From: an uncultured bacterium
GTDB taxonomy: Bacteria > Desulfobacterota_D > UBA1144 > Nemesobacterales > UBA2774
Assembly (NCBI GenBank): GCA_963825135.1
Contig: CAWGRW010000009.1
Coordinates: 32,001 to 96,000, forward strand
Length of the DNA: 64,000 nucleotides
Direction of reading: 5' to 3'
Shown here: in pieces, positions 51,081 through 60,762 of the stretch
Layout of the letters: each line of letters starts with the position of its first letter
How positions within the stretch are numbered: position 1 is the stretch's first letter
Notes under the pieces: generated by a model
What the model was told of the DNA's origin: nothing
The model's database searches: none
The model's input: only the letters and a program-made list of their open reading frames with translations
Program-made: the position numbers and the translations under genes

Positions 51081-51726
51081 TCACGGAACCGAATAAATCT
51101 TCAACTCCCCAAACTCTCGGAACACTCTCAAAAATAACACTCCGCTCGCGCGCAGCGAACCCGACGATCTCGTGTTTCTGATTCCCGTCGAGCTCGGGCT
51201 CGATCTTCCGCACGGTCTTTTTTATCGCGATAGAATGCCCCGGGTCCTCCTTCGCATGCACCTCGATGAACCCGGACGGGTAAGGCGGCTTCACGTATCC
51301 CGGGAACATTATCCCGGACGCGTTCTCGAACAGGTACGAATGCCCCAGGATACCGAGCGGGTGTCTCTCGGCCTCGTCGAGAAGGAATTTGTCGTATTCC
51401 CCGGCTAGCGGCAGCCGGGAAATATCCACTCCCCCGGCGTCCATTCCCGCGAGGTCGTCGAGCGCGATCTCTGCGTGCCCTTCTTCCCCGCGTGCGCACG
51501 AAATGAACCGCGAGGACAGATAAGGGTTCGTTTCCTCCATACGTTCGGCCGCCCTCAGCACGGCCTTACGGCTGATATATTCGATAATGTAGAAGGACGT
51601 GAGAAACTTTATATAGTCCTCCCGCGAAATCCCGCCCGAGAGTAGCGCCTTCACCTCTTCCATCCCCCGCACCTTTCCCAGGTATTCGCCGACCTCTTGA
51701 TCCAGCATCTCTTCGAGCTTTTCCAT
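51081..51726 (-). CDS. heme oxygenase-like (iron-containing redox enzyme) protein; frameshift near 51150
   Basis: E.GH..AL.DL, G.SY.FE, F..H..ED..H; the C-terminus restores in another frame. Confidence 0.7.
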
Positions 51727-52045
51727 GGCAGGAGAATATCATATCCGACTTTCCCGGAATTTCACGCGCGGCGTAGTAGTGTCCTTTTACTGTTTCTTCC
51801 TCTCGGCACCGCATCTTACTGATCCCTCCCCTTCGAGGGTTCCAAACAACGGTCCCGTTCTCACCGCATAAAATCCGGACCAGGATGGGATGATATCGTC
51901 ATTTCGAAAACAAGAAAGTATTACGATAGTCCGAATAGCTTATCAATAAATTGGGACTTTTTATGGCCTTTATTTTGACCACTCTCCATGATATTGAACT
52001 TAGTATAAATACCGTTTAACGCCGAATCAGGAGATCGAAATTTAA

Positions 52046-52963
52046 ATGAGAATAGGAAACAAACAATACGGCATGGGATGGCTGCCGGACTATCCGGATT
52101 TTAGAGACTATTCGATTAACTATGACCGAGTATCCAAATTTAAAAAGTCATTGGGGCAGGAGAAGTCAATAAAGCAAATGCTTAAGGAAGTGGGCATCTT
52201 AAATAAATCCGGCAAAAAATTAGCTAGTTCAGCCGACCTTCGCCCGTGGTGCCCGCCAATCGAGGATCAGGAAAACCTCGGCTCATGTACCGCCCACGCG
52301 GGGGTGGGTATTGTTGAATATTTCGAAAGACGCGCATTCGGGAGGCACATCGACGCATCGAGATTGTTTCTCTACAAAGTTACGAGAAGGCTCGCAAATT
52401 TGTCAGGCGACAGCGGGGCATTTTTACGGTCCACGATGGGCGCTCTTGCACTATTCGGAGTACCGCCCGAGGAATATTGGCCATACAATATATCCGATTT
52501 TGAAGTCGAGCCCACCGCATTCTGCTACTCATTCGCTCAGAACTATCAAGCTGTAAGTTACTATCGCCTCGACAGCCGTGATGTAAGTACGGACGATCTG
52601 CTGAAAAGGATTAAATTATTCTTATCCGCAGGTCTTCCATCCATGTTTGGTTTCACGGTCTATCGATCCATAGATCAGGGCTATATCTCGGGGAAAATCC
52701 CCTATCCGTCTGAAAATGATATTGAAGATGGGGGGCACGCCGTTATTGCTGTCGGATACGACGACGCCATGAAGATCAAAAATAACAATCCGGGCTCGAA
52801 AGAAACAACCGGCGCCATATTGATAAGGAATTCCTGGGGAACCGGATGGGGCGAGAACGGATACGGCTGGATGCCATATGATTATATCCTGAACGGATTA
52901 GCAGACGATTGGTGGTCGCTTCTGAAAAACGAATGGGTAGATACGGGGAATTTCCAAGTTTGA
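52046..52963 (+). CDS. papain-like cysteine protease (C1A)
   Basis: DLR....I.DQ..LGSCTAHA, SRLFLY, GGHAV.AVGYDD, RNSWG..WG..GYG. Confidence 0.93.
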   Translation: MRIGNKQYGMGWLPDYPDFRDYSINYDRVSKFKKSLGQEKSIKQMLKEVGILNKSGKKLASSADLRPWCPPIEDQENLGSCTAHAGVGIVEYFERRAFGRHIDASRLFLYKVTRRLANLSGDSGAFLRSTMGALALFGVPPEEYWPYNISDFEVEPTAFCYSFAQNYQAVSYYRLDSRDVSTDDLLKRIKLFLSAGLPSMFGFTVYRSIDQGYISGKIPYPSENDIEDGGHAVIAVGYDDAMKIKNNNPGSKETTGAILIRNSWGTGWGENGYGWMPYDYILNGLADDWWSLLKNEWVDTGNFQV

Positions 52964-53073
52964 TGATTCTCGCTATTTCATGGCCGAATTTCTTTAGCAA
53001 AGCGCAAGGTCAATTGGAGAACATTTACAATTCAGATCCAACAAGAACAAGATATGTAAAACAATCCTAAACA

Positions 53074-53775
53074 ATGGAGGTAAGCAAAATGGTCTATATT
53101 CCAGAACCCGATATCATATACCGTCCCTCAGCGGATATTGAAAACCTGCGCATGTTCAATGCTATGCCAAAAAGAGCCGCAATGGCTTTAGAAGCAATAA
53201 AAGTGGACCCGAACATCACGGATATAGAAATGCGTTTGAAAAATGTATTCATTATCGATAATCGTGATCCGGGGAAGGGAGATATTTACATTGTTACTTT
53301 GGTAACTGACAATGTATCAAAAGAGCCTTTTTCTTTGAATATTAAGACATTCGAAGATATCCATGATAACGAAGCACTTCAGATTGCACCAGGTGGACTT
53401 ACGATATACAGAAATCCGGCCAACACTCTTCCTAGGTACCTGGATTTTAGAATTCTAGTTATGGAATCCGACCAGGAAATGAGGGATGCAGGAAGTCTTA
53501 TTTCAGAAATCACGAGCAGTGAACAATTTAAATCAGTTAGAGATGGGATTATCGGAATGGTGGTCAGTACCAACCCCGCAACTGCTCTTATAACAGCAGG
53601 AGCGGATATTGTGATAGGTTTGATAAGTACCATATTAAAAATGAATAGGGATGATCAAATAATATATATTGTCGGATCCTTCAATGATAAGATCGACCAT
53701 TGGGGGGTAGATTACGGACCGATCAACCAAAAGAATACCTATTCTAAGGTATCGTATCAAGTTCTTGTTGTTTAA
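53074..53775 (+). CDS. hypothetical protein (AT-rich; start may be 53089)
   Basis: 233-aa ORF; GGAGG RBS before ATG 53089; V.ESD motif. Confidence 0.7.
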   Translation: MEVSKMVYIPEPDIIYRPSADIENLRMFNAMPKRAAMALEAIKVDPNITDIEMRLKNVFIIDNRDPGKGDIYIVTLVTDNVSKEPFSLNIKTFEDIHDNEALQIAPGGLTIYRNPANTLPRYLDFRILVMESDQEMRDAGSLISEITSSEQFKSVRDGIIGMVVSTNPATALITAGADIVIGLISTILKMNRDDQIIYIVGSFNDKIDHWGVDYGPINQKNTYSKVSYQVLVV

Positions 53776-54261
53776 GATATATATCTATCGAACTTTAATA
53801 CTTAAGAATGAAGGAGTCGTATGCTTTCGGTGACTTTGTCCAACATCTTCCGATATCGCAAATTCTCGGCAGGCGCATAACGCATAATAAGCACACGGAC
53901 CCCCCTTTTTAAACCAAGAGGTTGGGTGATACGATTGCGAACAAGTAACGTTTTCGACCAACAGTTCTGAGCAAGCGCAAGAACTGGTCGCTGACGGCTG
54001 ATTGCTATTAGATAACTGTATTATGTACTAAGCATATCAAAACAAATTAGAGAAATCGGACTCCCCCGGCTGACTGCAATATTGAAAGTATATCTCGCCG
54101 ACCATCCGAAACCAAAATGAATCGGTCGCCCTAGCTGACCTGGCTCGTCATAAATTAACCTCGGCAAAGAACCTCCCCTCGTCAGGCGCGCAATGAGCGC
54201 ACCCTCCCCTATTGATGAACCCGGCAATTTCGGTAAACTAATCTACTCTTTAAATAAATAC

Positions 54262-54338
54262 GCGCCCGTAGCTCAATTGGACAGAGTGCTTGACTACGGA
54301 TCAAGAGGTTGGGGGTTCAACTCCCTCCGGGCGCGCCA
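54262..54338 (+). tRNA. tRNA-Arg(ACG)
   Basis: GCGCCCG/CGGGCGC acceptor stem, cttga-ctACGga-tcaag anticodon arm, GGTTCAACTCC, CCA; 77 nt. Confidence 0.95.
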
Positions 54339-54752
54339 CTTTCCCGAAGAATAGTGACAGGGTTGCCATTTACCACCAGCGACCGGTTCTTGCGCACGCT
54401 CAGAACCGTTCCTCCGGGCGCGCCACTTTCCCGAAGAATAGTAACTATCTTGCACTTAGCCACTAGTGACCGGTTCCTTTGGTTTCATTGGATTTCCCAG
54501 AAACATCCGCATTCTCGCACTCATCCAAGGGCGTCCGAATTCTCTTATCCATCGATTCCTCCTATTCGTCGAAACCGTTTCCGGGCGCGCACTTCTTTCC
54601 CGAAGCACAGCGGCAGTGTTGCCATTTACCACCAGTGACCGATTCCTCCTGTTCGCGAAACCGTTCCTCCGGGCGCGCCACACTTTCCCGAAGCATAGTT
54701 ACAAGGTTGCCATTTGCCGCCAGCGACCGATTCCTCTTATTCATCGGAAAAC
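54324..54752 (+). repeat. tandem ~87-bp repeats, each starting with the tRNA-Arg 3' end
   Basis: cctccgggcgcgcca-ctttcccgaag at 54324, 54411, ~54580 and 54666. Confidence 0.85.
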
Positions 54753-54934
54753 GGTGACGGCGTGCTCGACGATTCCCTCGACACGGACGGGGACGGGCTC
54801 GCGGACATCGTTCAATCGAGCTCCGGGGGCCGTGTCTGATTCGGGATATCGAGTCCCTCCGGGCCGACGGAGCTCAGGGGAATTTCCGTTGGCGAATGCC
54901 GTGAATGCGGTATAAACTCTTCCTGAGCATCCAT

Positions 54935-55669
54935 ATGGAAATCGAGAACAAAATCGCTCTCGTAACGGGCGCGTCTTCGGGGATAGGCCGCGCCCTCGCA
55001 AGGCTCCTTTCCGAAAAGGGCGCCAGGGTCGCTCTCGTGGCCAGGTCCGGGGAGAAGCTCGAAGCCCTCTCGAAAGAACTCCCGCAGTCGCTCGCCATCC
55101 CGGCCGATATGACCGTCAGGGCCGACATAGAAAGGGCCGTCAATAAAACGATGGATCGTTTCGGGGGAATCGACATACTCGTCAATAACGCCGGCAGGGG
55201 GTACGACTCGCCCATCGAAAAAATAGACCTCGGCACGTTCCGGAGCATACTGGAATTAAACGTGCTCGGCCCCGTAACCGCCATGCAGCTCGTCATCCCG
55301 GTCATGAGAAGCCGCGGCGGCGGGATGATCGTCAACGTGACCTCGGGCACGGCGTTAATGTATCTGCCTAACATGAGCCCCTACTCTTCCTCGAAACGGG
55401 CCCTGGCCGGCATCACCCTTACGGCGCGGGAAGAGCTGAAAAAGGACAATATCAGGGTCTCGGTCGTTTACCCGTTTATCACGGACACGGAGTTCGAAAA
55501 AAATACGATCAGGGAAATTGTCGAGGAAGAGGACGCGGCGGCAGATGAGCGGCTCAGGCCCGATACGGCCGAATACATAGCGCAAAGAATATGCGAAGGC
55601 ATCGAGAAAGAAGAGGCCGAAATCTTCGCACACGACTGGATGAAGAACCTTCCGGTCAGGCCGGAATAG
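54935..55669 (+). CDS. short-chain dehydrogenase/reductase
   Basis: VTGASSGIG, DILVNNAG, YSSSK. Confidence 0.93.
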   Translation: MEIENKIALVTGASSGIGRALARLLSEKGARVALVARSGEKLEALSKELPQSLAIPADMTVRADIERAVNKTMDRFGGIDILVNNAGRGYDSPIEKIDLGTFRSILELNVLGPVTAMQLVIPVMRSRGGGMIVNVTSGTALMYLPNMSPYSSSKRALAGITLTAREELKKDNIRVSVVYPFITDTEFEKNTIREIVEEEDAAADERLRPDTAEYIAQRICEGIEKEEAEIFAHDWMKNLPVRPE

Positions 55670-55762
55670 AACCGCCCGCCGTCCGGCGCCGCTTCCGTTT
55701 CCCCTCATCAAATTGTAGACTTGTATGCCGGCGCGTTTAACCGGAGGGAAGGAGAGAGCGGA

Positions 55763-56530
55763 GTGACGACGTCCGAGCCATCGAGAACGAGCAGGGAATC
55801 GCTTGCAGTCTGCCTCGCCGCCGTTGCGGGGTACGTGGACGCCTACGGATTCCTCACGTTCAGCACGTTCGTATCTTTCATGAGCGGGAACACGACGCAC
55901 GCGGGCATTAAGCTCGGGCTCGGGACGTATGACGCCGCGCTCCCGGCCGCGGCGGCGATACTGTCCTTCGTCGCGGGCGTATTCGCCGGGACGCTCCTGA
56001 CCTTCTCCCGCTCGCGCCAATCGCGCCGCCTGCTCTACCTGTGTATCGCCGCCCTACTCGCGCTCAATATCGACGCCTCGCGCCTGGCCTCATCATTTAT
56101 ATACCTCGGCATCGCGATGCTCAGCTTTACGATGGGGATGATGAACACGGCGCTCTCACGCGTGGGGAATATCATGGTGAACCTCACATTCGTGACGGGC
56201 ACTCTGAGCCAGATAGGGAGTTACCTTGCCCTAGCCGCAAACCGCGCGCCTGTTCAGGACGGAGAGGGCGTATGGGACACGCACCTGCGCCGCGCTGTAA
56301 TACTCATACTCGTATGGCTGGGGTTCATCGCGGGCGCGATACTCGGGGGGATCGCCACGCCGCGCTTCGGAGTGCGGCTGCTCCTGCTCCCGCTCGTGAT
56401 AATGCTCAGCGCTCGCCGTATTGAGCCCGGCCCGGGACGCGGGCGACTGATCCCGGTTGCGGATGCGGCCGGCCCTCCGTCGACGGATGCGCGGACGAGG
56501 GGAAGAAATCTCTTTTCTCCTATCGATTAG
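55763..56530 (+). CDS. YoaK/DUF1275 membrane protein (C-terminus probably frameshifted)
   Basis: AG.VDA.GF, F.SFMSGNTT, MG.MN, TFVTGTL. Confidence 0.85.
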   Translation: MTTSEPSRTSRESLAVCLAAVAGYVDAYGFLTFSTFVSFMSGNTTHAGIKLGLGTYDAALPAAAAILSFVAGVFAGTLLTFSRSRQSRRLLYLCIAALLALNIDASRLASSFIYLGIAMLSFTMGMMNTALSRVGNIMVNLTFVTGTLSQIGSYLALAANRAPVQDGEGVWDTHLRRAVILILVWLGFIAGAILGGIATPRFGVRLLLLPLVIMLSARRIEPGPGRGRLIPVADAAGPPSTDARTRGRNLFSPID

Positions 56531-56626
56531 AAATTGCATCCGTCGTAAAGATAATAGACTCTAATTGCAATATTAAACAGGAAGGCGGTTTGCGGCCCGG
56601 TTATCAACCGGGGCAAGGAGACAACG

Positions 56627-57424
56627 ATGGCCGACACGATTATCGATGAGTTTTTTGCCGCGCTCGTCTCTGGAGGAGCGGAGGCGGCCCTGAAGCTTGT
56701 TACGCCCGACGCAACATTCGAGGCGCAGGGGCCTGCGAGCGTTCCGATCTACGGGCGGTTTGAAGGACACGACGGCGTCCGCCGCTTCATCGCCACACTG
56801 GGCGAATTGTTCGACACCGAGCGGTTCGAGATCCGCCAATCCACCCAGAGCGGCGAAATCGCATTCGCGTACGGGTACATGCAGCACCGCGTGCGGAGGG
56901 CCGGCCAGGTGTTCCGTTCGGAGTGGGCGCTCTACTGTGAAGTGCGCGGCGGCCGCATCCGTACCTACAAGATGTTCGAGGACACCGCCGCGCTGACCGC
57001 GGCTTACGGCGGAACGACTGAGGTCACAGAAAGCGACAGGTTTACGAGCGGGCTCGCGAAGTTAAAGGAAATCGACGGCGAAGCCGGCGAGCAGGTCATC
57101 GACGCACTCAAAGACATAGCACCCGACCTCGCCCGATACACCGTCGAGTTTCCGTTCGGCGACATTTACCGGCGGCCCGGTTTGGACCTGCGGTCGAGAG
57201 AGATTGCAACAGTTGCCGCCCTTACCACGCTTGGCACCGCACAGCCTCAGCTCAAAGTGCATATTCACGGTGCCCTCAACGTCGGATGCACGCGCACCGA
57301 AATCGTCGAGGTCATCATTCAGATGGCCGTATACGCGGGGTTTCCAGCCGCGCTCAACGGCATGTTCACCGCCAGGGAGGTTTTTGCGGAGCGCGACGCC
57401 GGAGGGAATACGGACAAGCCTTGA
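56627..57424 (+). CDS. SnoaL/NTF2-like domain fused to a carboxymuconolactone decarboxylase-family domain
   Basis: N: P..G.F.G..GV..F, GRI....FEDT; C: FGDIY.RPGL..RE, QL..H...ALN.G....EI.E......YAGFP. Confidence 0.85.
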   Translation: MADTIIDEFFAALVSGGAEAALKLVTPDATFEAQGPASVPIYGRFEGHDGVRRFIATLGELFDTERFEIRQSTQSGEIAFAYGYMQHRVRRAGQVFRSEWALYCEVRGGRIRTYKMFEDTAALTAAYGGTTEVTESDRFTSGLAKLKEIDGEAGEQVIDALKDIAPDLARYTVEFPFGDIYRRPGLDLRSREIATVAALTTLGTAQPQLKVHIHGALNVGCTRTEIVEVIIQMAVYAGFPAALNGMFTAREVFAERDAGGNTDKP

Positions 57425-57505
57425 CGGCTGCCGCGGCTCAATCACCCGGCGACTGATCCGGATTAGAGATCGACAAAGGGCGAGGGCCCGGCAAGCGCCC
57501 CGGCC

Positions 57506-58610
57506 CTAGCGCCCGTGTTCAGGACGTTCAGCGGCGATGACCCCGTCATATGCCGCGCGGGCGTACGCGTTATACCCCGCTTCGAGCGGATGGCCGTCGT
57601 CGGTCGTCGAATAGACGCTTGAAGAGCCCGCGAGCTCCCTCTCGACGTACGGACGGGCGTCCGCGAACCTGATGTCCTGCTCTTTGAAGAACCGCGACAA
57701 CGCCGCCGTGACCTCGTTTTCATTCTCGACGAGCCCCGCGTAATCGGCCGGGAGCTTGTAGTCCCGCTTCTTCAGATAGTCGAAGAACACCGCCTCTTTC
57801 GAGGGGATGAGCACGACGCTGAACTCTATGCCCAGGGCGTCGGCTTTCTTCTTCATCTCGCGCAGGAGGTCTTCCGTCACCGCGAGGCCGAGCGATATGC
57901 GCTTGCGCGAGAGGTCCATCTTCTTCATGTGAGAATTTATCGTCGCGTATTTGATTATGGTCGGGTTCTTCGCGTCCCTGACCTCGAGCGCGTCCCCGAA
58001 ATTGACGCTCTCGTTCACGCGCTTTACCGCCGAGGCCGCCATCCAGTACACGTGGAGCCCGGACAGGGTCCGGTTAACGCGGCCGAGCCAGTCAGAGGAA
58101 CCGGCGCAGACACCTGCGTCGTAGCCGCGCGCCTGTGCCCACTCCCTCCAGTACTCCGACTCGTCGATCATCTTGCATACGTCGCTCAGGTCGTTGGCCG
58201 GGTATAGACCCAGAATTATGCGTTTCGGTTTTAACGCGGTCGCTCTGTCGAAGAGATAATAATATTGAAGAGGGCCGTACCCGCCGACGCCGAGGTTGTA
58301 AACGGTCATGCCGGACATGACCGCGAGCTGCCGGGGCCACGACTTCTCCGACTTCACGTTCACGCCGTACGTCTGCGAATCCCCGAGAACGGCTATATCC
58401 GCCGTCTCCGGGAACCTCGGGGTTCCTGAACCCGTTCTCGTCTATCCCGGGCAGGGACGGGTCGATCCTCCGCCCGAGCCTTTCGTCATAGACCTGGCTG
58501 TTTTTGGGCGAATATATGAGGAAGGTCGAAAGTACTCTCAGCCCGAGCTCGAGAATTATGAGCGAAAACACAATGGCGCCCGCGAGGACGACTATTTTTT
58601 TTGCATTCAT
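57506..58610 (-). CDS. SGNH/GDSL-like hydrolase family protein; frameshift near 58410
   Basis: N-terminal TM ELGLR, NGFRN, LGDS.TYG (frame-shifted), NLG..GYG, DGH. Confidence 0.8.
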
Positions 58611-58865
58611 GGGGCCGTGCTCCTGCGCAGGGTTGAAAGATAGCATTATATTCGGCCGCTTTCCAATCGGGCGGGATACGGGCGGACCCGCTCATAAAGC
58701 CGCTGTCTCTCCGTTGACTCGCGAGAGCGGTTAGCGTATAATTCGGGAGACTTAATTATTTACCACGGTATGCACATAACTAGCTGAGAACACTAATACG
58801 AGCAGGCCTCGCATCGCATAAACCGACGCGGTGACGGCAGACTGAATCTCTTACAGGAGGCGGAT

Positions 58866-60683
58866 ATGGGACGGAGCAGCAGGCGGGAATTCTTAAGGCG
58901 GGTGGGACAGGCCGGTATTGCGCTTGGCATCGGATCGAACCTGGGATCGCTCGCAGGGTGCGACAGCGTGAACAGCGCGTCGGGCCGGTACGATGTAATC
59001 ATAATCGGCGGCGGGACTGCGGGGACTATTGTGGCCGCAAAGCTCCAGGCTGCGAGCGGCGGGCGTAAGCGCATCCTGATAATCGAAGCGGGCGGCCCTA
59101 CCGCGGCCTCCATAGGCGGGACCGACTATCCCGTGTGGCTGCCGCCCGACAGAAACGACCTCACCATCTTCGACGTGCCGGGGCAATACTCGCAGATCCC
59201 TTTCACGCCGGCGGGCGCACCGTATCAGCTGACAGAAACGCCGTTCACGTATCAGGGCATCGGGCTCGGGGGCAATTCCCAGTTCAACGGGATGCTCTTC
59301 CAGACTAACCCTCCGCTCGTGTTCAACCGCTCATGGCCCGGGGGATGGGGCTGGAAAGACATGGCCCCATACTTCAAACGCATCCGGCAGAATATTCCCA
59401 TAACCAATACACCGTCCACGAACGGGATACCGCAAAATACCGGCCCTGCAGAGATCGTGCATCCGCTCTACGAAAGCATGGGCTGGGTGCAGGGCGATAC
59501 GAGCAGGCCTTTCCCTGAGGATGGCGTGTACAGCAGACCCTACGTCGCGGCCGAGGACGGGAGGCGCGCGGGCCCGGTCAGCGCGTATTTCGAGGAGGTC
59601 GATCCGGGGGGCGTTCCCGTCGAGGGTCTCGAGATACTGGAATTCACGAAAGCGGACCTTATAGAATTCGACGACAACGGCAGGGCCGCGGCCGTGCACT
59701 ACACGAGCCGCGGCGCGCTCGACCAGAAGCTGCCCGGAGAGCCCGGAACGGCGAGGCTGAAAAAGAACGGGCTCCTCATTATGGCCGCCGGGGGGCTCGT
59801 AACCCCGAGGCTGTTATTGCTGAGCGGCGTCGGCCCCAGGGGGCGCGAGGCGGAGATATTCCCCGGACAGTCGCCCGCTCCTTTCACCATAGATAATCAG
59901 CATGTGGGCGTGGGGCTGTTCGACCACGTTCTGACAATGGTCACTTACGGCTACGACGGTCCCGTCCCGTATCAGGCGTACAACTACGGCGACTACGCCG
60001 GGAACGAGGCCGACCTCGAGGCTTACCTGGAAAACGGCCGCGGGCCATACGCGCAGTACCAGCCCGTGTCCATACTCAATTACAGGTACAACTCCGATGT
60101 GCCGAACGTCGAGGTGTTCCTGAACCCGAACGGGGCGGGAACGCCAGGAGGCCCTTATTACGGGCCGAATACGTTCTCCGCGTTCATGATGCTGTTAAAT
60201 CCCAAGTCGCGCGGGCTCGTCACGCTCGATGAAAACGGGAACGTGAGGTTCCCGAACATCTACATGCCTCCCGACACCCCCGAAGGACAGGAGGACATAG
60301 AGATCATGACGCAGGCGACGTTCGATATCATACAGCTTTTCAAGGAAGACAAGGGGCTGGGCATCGTATTCGGACCCGGAAGCGCGGGCTTTCCCGACCT
60401 CGACCCCGATATTATTGACGACATACGCACGTATGTGACGAGCCCGTCTCCCGTGGACGGCGTGTATTTCAGCAGGCTCACGGTCAATCACTGGGGCGGC
60501 ACGGCGCGTCTTACGGACGGCCCGGGAGGCGTCGATCCCGGGACCCTCATACTCAGGGGCACGGAGAACGTGGCGGTGGTGGACGCGTCGCTGATACCGA
60601 CGGTAGTCCCGGCGCATCCGGTCGGCACGATAATGGCCGTCGCCGACAGGGCGGGCGATATCCTCGCCGCCCGCATCGGTTGA
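58866..60683 (+). CDS. GMC oxidoreductase with Tat/lipoprotein signal, cellobiose dehydrogenase flavodomain-like
   Basis: SRREFL twin-Arg, LAGC, YDVIIIGGGTAG, LT.FDVPG, GGNS..NG, NHW.GT, VVDASL.P. Confidence 0.85.
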   Translation: MGRSSRREFLRRVGQAGIALGIGSNLGSLAGCDSVNSASGRYDVIIIGGGTAGTIVAAKLQAASGGRKRILIIEAGGPTAASIGGTDYPVWLPPDRNDLTIFDVPGQYSQIPFTPAGAPYQLTETPFTYQGIGLGGNSQFNGMLFQTNPPLVFNRSWPGGWGWKDMAPYFKRIRQNIPITNTPSTNGIPQNTGPAEIVHPLYESMGWVQGDTSRPFPEDGVYSRPYVAAEDGRRAGPVSAYFEEVDPGGVPVEGLEILEFTKADLIEFDDNGRAAAVHYTSRGALDQKLPGEPGTARLKKNGLLIMAAGGLVTPRLLLLSGVGPRGREAEIFPGQSPAPFTIDNQHVGVGLFDHVLTMVTYGYDGPVPYQAYNYGDYAGNEADLEAYLENGRGPYAQYQPVSILNYRYNSDVPNVEVFLNPNGAGTPGGPYYGPNTFSAFMMLLNPKSRGLVTLDENGNVRFPNIYMPPDTPEGQEDIEIMTQATFDIIQLFKEDKGLGIVFGPGSAGFPDLDPDIIDDIRTYVTSPSPVDGVYFSRLTVNHWGGTARLTDGPGGVDPGTLILRGTENVAVVDASLIPTVVPAHPVGTIMAVADRAGDILAARIG

Positions 60684-60762
60684 GGGAGACACATTCGTTC
60701 ACTGACTATTTCGTCACATTATATGGTAAACGTACTACGTGCAAACATATTGACGACGTTCT

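Noticed and set aside
51824..51846. Possible attR: cttcgagggttc matches part of tRNA-Ser at the edge of the AT-rich islet
   Set aside because: Only ~12 bp, not the tRNA 3' terminus, and it also fits the common ccctcccc..gaggg hairpin family
49929..54338. Prophage or integrative element between the two tRNAs
   Set aside because: No integrase, phage or conjugation genes and no convincing direct repeats; only a small AT-rich islet
54324..54752. CRISPR array
   Set aside because: Units are homologous along their whole length and start with a tRNA 3' end; no unique spacers and no cas genes
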